From the NCBI GenBank assembly GCA_048939995.1, contig JBHLOY010000008.1, forward strand, positions 96,001-160,000: a stretch of 64,000 bases of DNA, given 5' to 3'. Positions 32,584 through 41,138 of the stretch are shown here, piece by piece (within the stretch, counting starts at the first letter, position 1; every line of letters begins with the position of its first letter). The translations under genes and the position numbers were made by a program. The notes under the pieces are model-generated. The model was given only the letters and a program-made list of their open reading frames with translations. It made no database searches and was not told where the DNA came from. This DNA is from Promethearchaeota archaeon. GTDB taxonomy: Archaea > Asgardarchaeota > Lokiarchaeia > Sigyniarchaeales > SOKP01.

Positions 32584-33028
32584 ATGTGAATATATCAAGC
32601 CCGAAGTGCTCGAGAAGATGGAAAATATTGTAGTGTTTATGTGTAATGAGTGTGGCCAAGGTTCTGCAAATACAGCTGGAGTAGCTCGAATGGCATATAA
32701 TCCAGCTATACGTATAGTTCGAGTCCAATGTACGGGTCAAGTAGGACCGATCCAAATTATGGATGCATTGAGTAATGGAGCTGACGCAGTTGCATGTGTC
32801 GGATGCTGTCTAGGGGCATGCCATTTCTTCAATGGTAATATTCTTTCAATGCACCGAATTAAGCTTATGAAGAAGTTATTCAAAGAATTAGGCTACAGTG
32901 ACCAAATTATTAACCAATACACCTCACGAGCTGCAGAAGGTGAAACTGCAGTAGGTGATTTTGAAGATATTGTAGAGAGATTAGCAACTGCAATTAGAGA
33001 GGAGGCGACATTCAAAGATGGATGTTAA
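32576..33028 (+). CDS. mvhD: MvhD-type [2Fe-2S] adaptor; start reassigned to ATG 32576
   Basis: FMCNEC, RVQCTG, GC.LGACHF; GGAGGTG upstream and overlap with the hdrA stop. Confidence 0.9.
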   Translation: MSECEYIKPEVLEKMENIVVFMCNECGQGSANTAGVARMAYNPAIRIVRVQCTGQVGPIQIMDALSNGADAVACVGCCLGACHFFNGNILSMHRIKLMKKLFKELGYSDQIINQYTSRAAEGETAVGDFEDIVERLATAIREEATFKDGC

Positions 33029-34253
33029 AGTTTTTCAATTTAATGGATGCAATAAATGCTTTAATGAAACTATTCTATTAAAAGCAGATTCAAACCATAA
33101 AATTGGGTTTGTATCTAATCCTAGGAATTGGAAAGAGGAGAAAATTGATGTTTCTGTAATTACGGGTTATTTATTACCAGAGGATAAAGAGACTTTAGAT
33201 AAAATTATAAGAAATTCAACAAAAATTATTGCATATGGAGATTGTAGCGCTACTGGTGGAGTTTTTGCCTTATCCAATCAACGGGGTCATAAAGTAACAC
33301 CTTTAAGAAAGATGCAGGAAGGTATCTTGAATGTGTATGGTTGTTTGGGTGAAATAGAAGAACTAGAAGCATTAATTATAGGTAAAGATTTACCGAAACT
33401 AAATAATTTATGTATTGTATGTGGAAGAAAGAAAACGTGTGATTATTTAGAAGAAGTCAAGCGTCAAATAGAATTAGATGACGAAGAGAAATGTTTTAAT
33501 GATCTTGGATACTTATGTAATGGATTTATAGCAAAAGAATGTAAAGAACGATGTATCGATTACAATGCGCCCTGTCGTGGTTGCAAACCTATAATTGAAC
33601 GTTCAGGAATCAGAATGCTGGGAATGTTTGGAACTTTAATGGGAAATATTGAAGTCTCTACAGAGCATTCTGAAAAGGGAGCTACAGATAAACTAGCAGA
33701 TAATGATGACGATGTTACGGCAAGTTTACCTGATATCGTTGGTAATTTCTTTAGATTCACGTTATCTACCTCTGGTTTGCCTAAAGGGAGAATCAACTCT
33801 TCAGGAAGCCTATTAGAAGATGTATTTACAGGGAGATTAATAGAAGAATTACCTTTAATTACGGGTTTATTGGGGGGAGATCGCTCGATTTCACTAACGC
33901 TTAAAGTCCTAGAGACCTATGAAGAAGGTAATAATATAGAAGTAAGTGAGACTACAAAACAATATCGAAAGGAATTATTAGAGTTAGAAAATGAATTACT
34001 AACAACAATAGAATCCAAAGATCCAAAAAAATATAAAGAGGTGACTGATAAGATTCGAAAAATTGCTGGTAATATGAATTTATCTAATCTCTACTATGGG
34101 GGATTTAAATCACAAATTAATGAGAATGATAATTTTGAGGACTATAAAACCCATGTTTTTGATGTGGTTGAAGGTACTTATAAAAATGGTTCGATTGAGC
34201 TTACAATTGATTCCATAGGTATTGTAAAAGAAATAAAAATTAAAGAGGGTTAA
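33018..34253 (+). CDS. MvhG-like Fe-S small subunit fused to a degenerate NiFe large-subunit-like segment
   Basis: GCNKC, GDCSATGG, GC, CIVC, GYLCNG, CKERC...PCRGC; C-terminal LEDVFTGRLIEELPLIT. Confidence 0.75.
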   Translation: MDVKVFQFNGCNKCFNETILLKADSNHKIGFVSNPRNWKEEKIDVSVITGYLLPEDKETLDKIIRNSTKIIAYGDCSATGGVFALSNQRGHKVTPLRKMQEGILNVYGCLGEIEELEALIIGKDLPKLNNLCIVCGRKKTCDYLEEVKRQIELDDEEKCFNDLGYLCNGFIAKECKERCIDYNAPCRGCKPIIERSGIRMLGMFGTLMGNIEVSTEHSEKGATDKLADNDDDVTASLPDIVGNFFRFTLSTSGLPKGRINSSGSLLEDVFTGRLIEELPLITGLLGGDRSISLTLKVLETYEEGNNIEVSETTKQYRKELLELENELLTTIESKDPKKYKEVTDKIRKIAGNMNLSNLYYGGFKSQINENDNFEDYKTHVFDVVEGTYKNGSIELTIDSIGIVKEIKIKEG

Positions 34254-34255
34254 AC

Positions 34256-36724
34256 ATGAGTTTTGAATTATTAAAAGTTGAAATTGTAGACGCTGGCCTT
34301 TGTCAAGGATGCGGCTTATGTGCTGGATCGTGTAAGCATATTGAGATGGAAGTAAAGCGTCCATCCCTTAAAGACTACTGTATTTTAGAGAGAGATGGTC
34401 AAGATTGTGGAAAGTGTTATCAGAACTGCCCTCAAGTTATTCAAAAGAAGTTTGAGGAAAAAGAGCCGTTAGCTTTATATTCTTTAAGGAGTAAGAATCT
34501 TGATGTTCTATCTAAAGCTGCTAGTGGAGGCTTTATCACTACTTTTGTTAAGGAACTTTTAGAGAACCAGACACTTAAGAAAATAGTAATGGTACATGAA
34601 GAGGATGAAAAACCAATTGCGGAAATTGTTTCAAATCCTGAAGAAGCGGTTAAAAAAGCAGGAGTAGTTTATGGTAGATCTGGAGTGTTAGAGCGGTTAG
34701 TAGAAATTACAGGCGAATCTTTTGATCAAATAGGTATTGTTGGTGTGCCCTGTGAAATGCGTGGAGCTGCTGAAATAGAAGAGGAAATGAAACGGGACAT
34801 TCTAAAAATTGGATTGTTTTGTAATTCACAAATTCGTACCGAAGAAACAGATAAAGGCTTAGTATGCTCTCCATGCTGTAATGGCTGTCCTTCTGGAGTA
34901 AATGCTCAGGGATATATTTCATTAATACGTCAGGGCAAATATCAAGATGCTGTAAATCTAATTAGAGAAAACAATCCGCTACCATCAATATGTGGTCGCA
35001 TTTGTACTAATGAATGTGAATATGGATGTACTTTAATCGGAGACGACCATCCCGTCGCAATTCGAGAATTAAAGAAGTTTGTAACGGAGTGGGAGATCGA
35101 AAAAGCAAAAAAAGAAGTAAAAAATATACCGAAATTGAAGAAGAATGCTAAAAAAGTGGCAATTATTGGATCTGGTCCCGCAGGTTTAACTGCGGCTTAT
35201 TATTTGAGAAGAATGGGATATGTAGCAACTATTTTCGAAAAAACCGATCAGACAGGAGGGATGCTACGATTTGGAGTACCCCAATTTCGATTACCTAACT
35301 ATGTCTTAGATTATGACGTTGAAAGGATAATAGAATCTGGAGTTAAAGTAGAACTTAATAAACCATTAGGACATGAAATGACCATTGAGGATTTGAAAAA
35401 TAGTGGTTTTGAGGCAATTTTTATAGCAACAGGTCAATATAAGCCTCGAACCTTGCATTTAGAAGGAGAAGAGCTTCCAAATGTATTTGTGGCAATCAGT
35501 TTCTTAATGGATAGAAAATACCGTTATTGGGAAAATAAAGAAGAATTTAAAGGAAAAACTATAGGGATAATTGGAGGTGGCCCTGTTGCTGTTGATGTTG
35601 CTCAAACTGCATTAAGGTTAGGTGCAGAAAAAATTCATTTAGTAGATATAATGTCAGAAGAACAACTAGAATTAGTTTTAAAGGATATTCCTGAAAATGA
35701 AATGGCTTTCATGCAATATCACTTCAAAACATCCACTTCAAAAATTACACAGAATGATGATGGCAAATTAGTTTTGAATTGTTATAACATAGAATGGGGA
35801 AAACCAGATGAGAATGGAAGGAGACCATTAAATAAAGTACAACAATCCGAATTTGAAATTCCTATTGATAATATCGTAATAGCAGTTGGTCAAGCCGTTG
35901 ATTTTGACCAGATAGATGTTGCTACTAATAACAAGTTAGAAAAAGAACGCAATAAAATCAAGGTAAATGAAATTACTTTTGAAACAAATATTCCAGGAGT
36001 TTTTGCTGGAGGAGACATCATTAACAATTCCAAAGCTGTAGCTATTGCCGCAATAGCACACGGAAAAGAAGCAGCAATTTCAATAGACAAGTACTTGAAA
36101 GGAGAAAATTTAGTAGATGGACGATATAAGAGAGTAAATTCATTTTTCACTGGACCTAATAGACCTCCTAAAGATTACTCTTTGAAACCAGAATCCTTAG
36201 AGGAAGCAACTGAAGAGATAAATTGGTCTTTTGAAGAGATAGATAAGATGTTTAATGAAGATATGGCTTTACAAGAGGCACGTAGATGTTTAAGTTGTAA
36301 TCATTTCTGTTCCCACTGTCAAGATTTCCCAGCAATTTATTCAGATTTAACTGCAGGGGAAATCGGTTCACAAAAGGGATATACTACCGTTGTAGTATGG
36401 ACTGAACGTGGGAAAGAACTTGTTGAACAGGCAATTCAAAAAGGATTGTTTGAACAAGGTAAAGTGAATGAACAAGAACTCAAAACTGCTATCAATTTGA
36501 AATCAAAGAGAGAACTTATGATTTTTAAAAAGACTCCACGACAATATGTATTGGATTATATTACACTTCAAGGGCCTAGTACAATAAATGATATAGCAAA
36601 AAATACTGGAATCGAGGCAAAAAAAGTTAGATATGAAGCACTTCGTTTAGTCCAGTTAATGGAATTAGAAATGAAAGCAGATCAGGATATGGATGAACCA
36701 GTATTTTCAATTATGTGTGATTAA
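34256..36724 (+). CDS. Ferredoxin-FrhB protein with inserted GltD/SudA-type flavoprotein and C-terminal wHTH
   Basis: CQGCGLC/CGKCYQNCP; FrhB SGG, GVPCE, IGLFC; then CCNGCP, CGRICTNECEYGC, GSGPAG, GGGP, FAGGD, EARRCLSC; then FrhB CSHCQD...SDLTAGEIGSQKGYTTVVVWTERG. Confidence 0.88.
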   Translation: MSFELLKVEIVDAGLCQGCGLCAGSCKHIEMEVKRPSLKDYCILERDGQDCGKCYQNCPQVIQKKFEEKEPLALYSLRSKNLDVLSKAASGGFITTFVKELLENQTLKKIVMVHEEDEKPIAEIVSNPEEAVKKAGVVYGRSGVLERLVEITGESFDQIGIVGVPCEMRGAAEIEEEMKRDILKIGLFCNSQIRTEETDKGLVCSPCCNGCPSGVNAQGYISLIRQGKYQDAVNLIRENNPLPSICGRICTNECEYGCTLIGDDHPVAIRELKKFVTEWEIEKAKKEVKNIPKLKKNAKKVAIIGSGPAGLTAAYYLRRMGYVATIFEKTDQTGGMLRFGVPQFRLPNYVLDYDVERIIESGVKVELNKPLGHEMTIEDLKNSGFEAIFIATGQYKPRTLHLEGEELPNVFVAISFLMDRKYRYWENKEEFKGKTIGIIGGGPVAVDVAQTALRLGAEKIHLVDIMSEEQLELVLKDIPENEMAFMQYHFKTSTSKITQNDDGKLVLNCYNIEWGKPDENGRRPLNKVQQSEFEIPIDNIVIAVGQAVDFDQIDVATNNKLEKERNKIKVNEITFETNIPGVFAGGDIINNSKAVAIAAIAHGKEAAISIDKYLKGENLVDGRYKRVNSFFTGPNRPPKDYSLKPESLEEATEEINWSFEEIDKMFNEDMALQEARRCLSCNHFCSHCQDFPAIYSDLTAGEIGSQKGYTTVVVWTERGKELVEQAIQKGLFEQGKVNEQELKTAINLKSKRELMIFKKTPRQYVLDYITLQGPSTINDIAKNTGIEAKKVRYEALRLVQLMELEMKADQDMDEPVFSIMCD

Positions 36725-36763
36725 ATTTTATTAATAATTAAAAATAAGATAAGGAGAGAAACC

Positions 36764-37003
36764 ATGAAATTTGATCAAGAGTTAAATGTATGCGGGTTAG
36801 TATGTCCCGTTCCAGCGCTTAAGACAAAGAAGGAATTAATGAAAATGAGGCCTGGAGCAGTTTTAAAAGTAATCACTGACTACAAACCCGCATCTGAGAG
36901 TGTTCCTAGAGACTTAGCTAAACAAACTAAACACAAACATTTAGGAACCGAATTCATCGAAGATGAAGAACAATGGTGGATTTATTTTGAAGCTGTTAAA
37001 TAA
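36764..37003 (+). CDS. tusA: TusA-family sulfur carrier (copy 2)
   Basis: LNVCGLVCPVP, GAVLKVITD; AGGAG SD. Confidence 0.9.
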   Translation: MKFDQELNVCGLVCPVPALKTKKELMKMRPGAVLKVITDYKPASESVPRDLAKQTKHKHLGTEFIEDEEQWWIYFEAVK

Positions 37004-37004
37004 A

Positions 37005-37027
37005 TTTTTTTAATTTTTTTTCTTTTT
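37005..37027 (+). terminator. Oligo-T terminator closing the hdr cluster
   Basis: Three T runs directly after the tusA stop. Confidence 0.5.
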
Positions 37028-37111
37028 CTATAAAAAGGAATATTTTTGTGTTAATTGAGAAATTAAGTTGGTTCAGTATACTTATATACTTATTTTCTAT
37101 TAATTTTTATT

Positions 37112-38302
37112 ATGGATCTAAATATCTTTTTATTTCTGAGCATGATATTTTTACTTACATACATTATTGGAATGTTGATAGAAAAGATTCACATTCCTTG
37201 GATTTTTGCGGCGCTGATTTTAGGGTTTATTCTTGCAATTTATAACCCCTTTTCTTCGATTACTTCTTCTCCCATATTTGACTTTTTTTCCCAATTAGGG
37301 ATGTATTTTTTACTTTTTATTATCGGTTTTGAAATAGATCTAAAAGAAATGAAAAAAATGGGAAAATTTATTATTAAATCAACTATATTAACGATTTCTT
37401 TAGCAACCATTTTTGGTGCTTTACTCATCTATTTTGTTTTCAGAGTAGATTTATTAATCTCAATTATTGTCAGTTTATCATTTGCAACGGTAGGAGAAGA
37501 AATTTTAATTCCTATTTTGGACGAATTCAATTTGACTAACAAACCATTAGGGCAATCTATTATTGGAGTAGGGAGTTTGGATGATATAATTGAAATTATT
37601 TCTTTAATTTTTGTCATTTTATTGGTAGGGTCAAATTCTCCTCAAGGAGATTTTAATATATGGGTAATAATTATTGCTCTTTTTGTTTTATTTTTACTAT
37701 TGATTGGATTGATTAAGTTTAAAAAAGAACATAAAAGATTTAAACATACAGGAGTAGAAGCACTCTTCGTATTTGTTATATTTGTTTTATTTTTATTTAT
37801 TGGTGTAGGCATATATGCTGAAGCTGCTCCACTTGCAGCGCTGTTCGCAGGGATTGGTCTAAGAACATTTTTACCAAAGGAGAGATTAAAAGCTATAGAA
37901 TCAGAAGTTAAAGCAATATGTTATGGTTTTTTTGCTCCGATCTTCTTTTTAATGGTAGGTGTATCAATGGACTTAAAATATCTTATTGCTTTTCCAATAA
38001 TGATAATTTTAGTTGTATTGATCAGCATTGCAGCAAAAATTATAGCCAGTTATTTGAGTGGAAAAAAAGAACTTGGTAAAAAAGATTCAATTTTACTAGG
38101 AATTGGACTTTCGGTAAAATTTAGTACTAGTATTGTCATTTTTGCAATATTCTTTGAAAATAATTTAATAACACCTGATTTATATACAGTTCTCATTGCT
38201 TCAAGCATGATTTTTGCTTTTCTAATTCCGATATTATTTGCGACATTATTGTCAAAATGGAAAATGTCACTACAAAATAATAAAAAAGAGAATAATAATT
38301 AG
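37112..38302 (+). CDS. Cation:proton antiporter (CPA2 family)
   Basis: LLFIIGFEID, SLDD, FFAPIFF; about 12 TM. Confidence 0.88.
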   Translation: MDLNIFLFLSMIFLLTYIIGMLIEKIHIPWIFAALILGFILAIYNPFSSITSSPIFDFFSQLGMYFLLFIIGFEIDLKEMKKMGKFIIKSTILTISLATIFGALLIYFVFRVDLLISIIVSLSFATVGEEILIPILDEFNLTNKPLGQSIIGVGSLDDIIEIISLIFVILLVGSNSPQGDFNIWVIIIALFVLFLLLIGLIKFKKEHKRFKHTGVEALFVFVIFVLFLFIGVGIYAEAAPLAALFAGIGLRTFLPKERLKAIESEVKAICYGFFAPIFFLMVGVSMDLKYLIAFPIMIILVVLISIAAKIIASYLSGKKELGKKDSILLGIGLSVKFSTSIVIFAIFFENNLITPDLYTVLIASSMIFAFLIPILFATLLSKWKMSLQNNKKENNN

Positions 38303-38379
38303 AAGTTTCATTTATTAATTTCAGTTAGAATTATATTTTTTTTTTTCGAATAAAAAAGAGTATTAACCTTACTTGATTT

Positions 38380-38462
38380 TAATTTTCTTATCTTTTACAT
38401 TTTACTTTTACATTATATTTAAAATTATTATTAGCTTAAACAATCATAAAGTTATAATCCAA
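38380..38462 (+). repeat. Upstream element copy 1 (with 13-nt duplication)
   Basis: Matches 41035-41104 except a TTACTTTTACATT insertion and one substitution. Confidence 0.9.
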
Positions 38463-38475
38463 TCTAACTATAATT

Positions 38476-40962
38476 ATGTCCCATACAGAATCTAAAGAAC
38501 TAATTCAGGCTAAAAAACTCATTGATGTATCTAAACTCGATGAAGCGGACCACATTATTAAGAATTTTGAGGAAAAGGGAGGTCTAACTCTTCGTGATAT
38601 AGTTTTCTGTCATTTTCTCAAGTGTAAGCTCTTAAGTGAGCGTGGATTAAATGAGGATGTTGTCAAACTTGCCGAAAAAACGCTTAAAGAGAGTTCAGGA
38701 TTAGAAAGAAACCTTTTGTTGGTTGATATTTTACTAGAAATGGCTTTAGCCCTATTACGCATTGCTAAAGTAGATAAAGCTTTCGAAATCATTAAACAGG
38801 GAGAAGACCTGCTAAAAACTTTAACACAAGAATTATCCACAGAGTATAAGCAAAGAGAGGCATATACAGCCTTGCTTAAAGGATGGGCTTATGATCAAAA
38901 ATCAGATATTGATCAGGCAATAAAACAGTTTGAACTCAGTTTATCATTAAGAGAAGAGCTTGGGAATAAAAACGAAATTGCTCAAACACTTGTAGGAATT
39001 GCCCACATGTGTATAAAAAGAGGTGAATTTGACCGTGCTTTAAAATCCCTGGAGCAAGGAGTGGTTTTAGCCGAGGAAGGTGGTAATAAAGGGATTCTAG
39101 GACAATATTTATATTATATGGGAAGGGTACATACATTTAAAGTTGATTTTGACCGTAGTAGTATGTATATAAACCGTAGCTTGGCAATTTATAATAACCT
39201 TAATAATAAATTTATGATATCAAGGAATCTTGACACTCTAGGGGAAATTTATATGATTAAGGGGGAAATTGATAATAGTATTAGATTTTATGAGCAAAGT
39301 TTAGAACTTCTAAAAGAAATTAACAATAAATTAATCATGAGTGATGTTTATAATAGTTTAGCTTTCTGTTACAAAATGAAAGGAGAATTAAATCGTGCTT
39401 TAGAATGTATAAAACAGGCTATGGCACTAACTAATGAGTTAGGAACTTATAATCCCTATAATAATCATTTTCTAGTTCAAATATTTATTGATAAGGGTAA
39501 TCTTGAACAGGCACAAATTTCACTTCTTGAATTCGAACAATTGAATAGTCAATACAAAAGTAGATTTATTAATTCAATGTATCTTCTTGATAAGGCTTTA
39601 CTTTTGAAAACTAGTCCTCGAGCTCTCAATCGTGGTAAAGCTGAAGAAATACTAAAGCAACTCCTTGAAGATGGAAATTTATATTATGACATAAATTTAG
39701 AAGTATTACTTAATTTATGTGAACTACTCCTAACTGATTTAAAAGTAACTAATGAAACAGAGATTTTAGAAGAGATTAAACCCCTTATTATCCAACTGTT
39801 AGATTTCTCTGAAAAGTCTCTTTCTTTTTGGGTTTTTGGGGAAACTTGCCTTCTACAAGCAAAATTGGCATTAATAGAATTGAATTTGGAAGAAGCTCGA
39901 CGATTAATGACTAAAGGACAACAAATTGCAGAAAAATATGGACTTATTCAACTAGCTATAAAGATTTCAAACGAACATGATCAAATGCTTAAAAAACTAG
40001 AACTTTGGGAAAAAATAAAGGCCTCGAAAGCGCCCTTAGCAGAGCGTATAGAATTATCCCGCTTAAACGAACAAATGGAGGGAATGGTAAAGAGTCGCAT
40101 AGATAAAATCCCAAAATTAGTAGCTGAACAGCCAGTTTTACTTACTATCATGTCAAGACAAGGGAGTATATTATTATCAAATCCATTTACTGCTGATGTA
40201 AAAATTGACAGCACTTTTTTTAGTGAGTTTCTATCCTCTTGTAATACCTTTTGCGACCAAGTTCTTTCCGAATCATTTGATCGTGTGAAATTCGGTCAAC
40301 ATACAGTGCTTATCACAGCAATCGATTCTTTCTCTGTATGTTATATGTTCCAAGGGCAGACATACAGTGCCCGACAGAAATTACTCCACTTTTCAGATGC
40401 TATTAGAAAAGAACCTGAAATTATGAACAAACTAAAAGATGCTAATAGCAAGAATATAGAGATAAATGTAAATGAAACAGCATCTCTTGAGGAATCGATT
40501 TATGAAAGTTTTCTTTCAGATTCAGAGCAATTTCAGATGCCATTTAAGGCTTATGAAGGAGATGAATCATTTATTTTTGTCAGTTATTCTCACACTGACA
40601 GACTGCAGGTATATCCCATAATTGATTACCTTAATAAGACCGGCATAAACGTTTGGTATGATGAAGGAATTCATGTAAGCGAAGATTGGAAAAACATAAT
40701 TGCGGATAATTTGGAGCGATGTAGTGCTTTTCTCATATTCATTACACCACATATAATTGATTCAGTAACAGTAAACAAGGAGATTAGCTTCGCCTTAAAA
40801 AAGCAAAAACCATTTTTTAGTATATACCTAAAAGAGACTCAATTGCCCAGTAAATTAGAATTTGAGATTGGAGATATTCAACACATGAAAAAATATCTTA
40901 TGTCTGAAACCGAATTTTATAATAAATTAAATTCCTTATTTGGGAGAGTTTTAAAAAAGTAG
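38476..40962 (+). CDS. TPR - longin-like - TIR domain protein
   Basis: TPR array; PVLLTIMSRQGSILLS...FSEFLSS; TIR FIFVSYSHTD, VWYDE, VNKEISFA. Confidence 0.85.
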   Translation: MSHTESKELIQAKKLIDVSKLDEADHIIKNFEEKGGLTLRDIVFCHFLKCKLLSERGLNEDVVKLAEKTLKESSGLERNLLLVDILLEMALALLRIAKVDKAFEIIKQGEDLLKTLTQELSTEYKQREAYTALLKGWAYDQKSDIDQAIKQFELSLSLREELGNKNEIAQTLVGIAHMCIKRGEFDRALKSLEQGVVLAEEGGNKGILGQYLYYMGRVHTFKVDFDRSSMYINRSLAIYNNLNNKFMISRNLDTLGEIYMIKGEIDNSIRFYEQSLELLKEINNKLIMSDVYNSLAFCYKMKGELNRALECIKQAMALTNELGTYNPYNNHFLVQIFIDKGNLEQAQISLLEFEQLNSQYKSRFINSMYLLDKALLLKTSPRALNRGKAEEILKQLLEDGNLYYDINLEVLLNLCELLLTDLKVTNETEILEEIKPLIIQLLDFSEKSLSFWVFGETCLLQAKLALIELNLEEARRLMTKGQQIAEKYGLIQLAIKISNEHDQMLKKLELWEKIKASKAPLAERIELSRLNEQMEGMVKSRIDKIPKLVAEQPVLLTIMSRQGSILLSNPFTADVKIDSTFFSEFLSSCNTFCDQVLSESFDRVKFGQHTVLITAIDSFSVCYMFQGQTYSARQKLLHFSDAIRKEPEIMNKLKDANSKNIEINVNETASLEESIYESFLSDSEQFQMPFKAYEGDESFIFVSYSHTDRLQVYPIIDYLNKTGINVWYDEGIHVSEDWKNIIADNLERCSAFLIFITPHIIDSVTVNKEISFALKKQKPFFSIYLKETQLPSKLEFEIGDIQHMKKYLMSETEFYNKLNSLFGRVLKK

Positions 40963-41034
40963 ATTCTACTTAATAGAGGTTGTAAAATAAATATATATAT
41001 CTTAAATTTAATTTTTTTATCATGATTTTTTTTG

Positions 41035-41104
41035 TAATTTTCTTATCTTTTACATTATATTTAAAATTATTATTAGCTTAAACATTCATAAAGTTATAAT
41101 CCAA
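41035..41104 (+). repeat. Upstream element copy 2
   Basis: TAATTTTCTTATCTTTTACATTATATTTAAAATTATTATTAGCTTAAACATTCATAAAGTTATAATCCAA, near-identical to 38380-38462. Confidence 0.9.
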
Positions 41105-41138
41105 ATTTTTCTGAAATTAGTCTTACCTGGCTAAGTAT

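Noticed and set aside
30553-33028. Selenocysteine (TGA readthrough) in HdrA/MvhD, known from some Lokiarchaeia and methanogens
   Set aside because: The relevant positions are Cys codons (TLECPQC, CNEC, GACH). The hdrA TGA is followed by ATG TGA, so readthrough gives nothing
33018-34253. Functional NiFe hydrogenase
   Set aside because: No RxCGxC or DPCxxC Ni ligands; no separate large subunit or maturation genes in the window
27148-37003. Canonical sHdr, Dsr or methanogenesis pathway
   Set aside because: No hdrC2B2/lbpA, dsrAB/dsrC or mcr in the window; Hdr subunits are methanogen-like but with different partners
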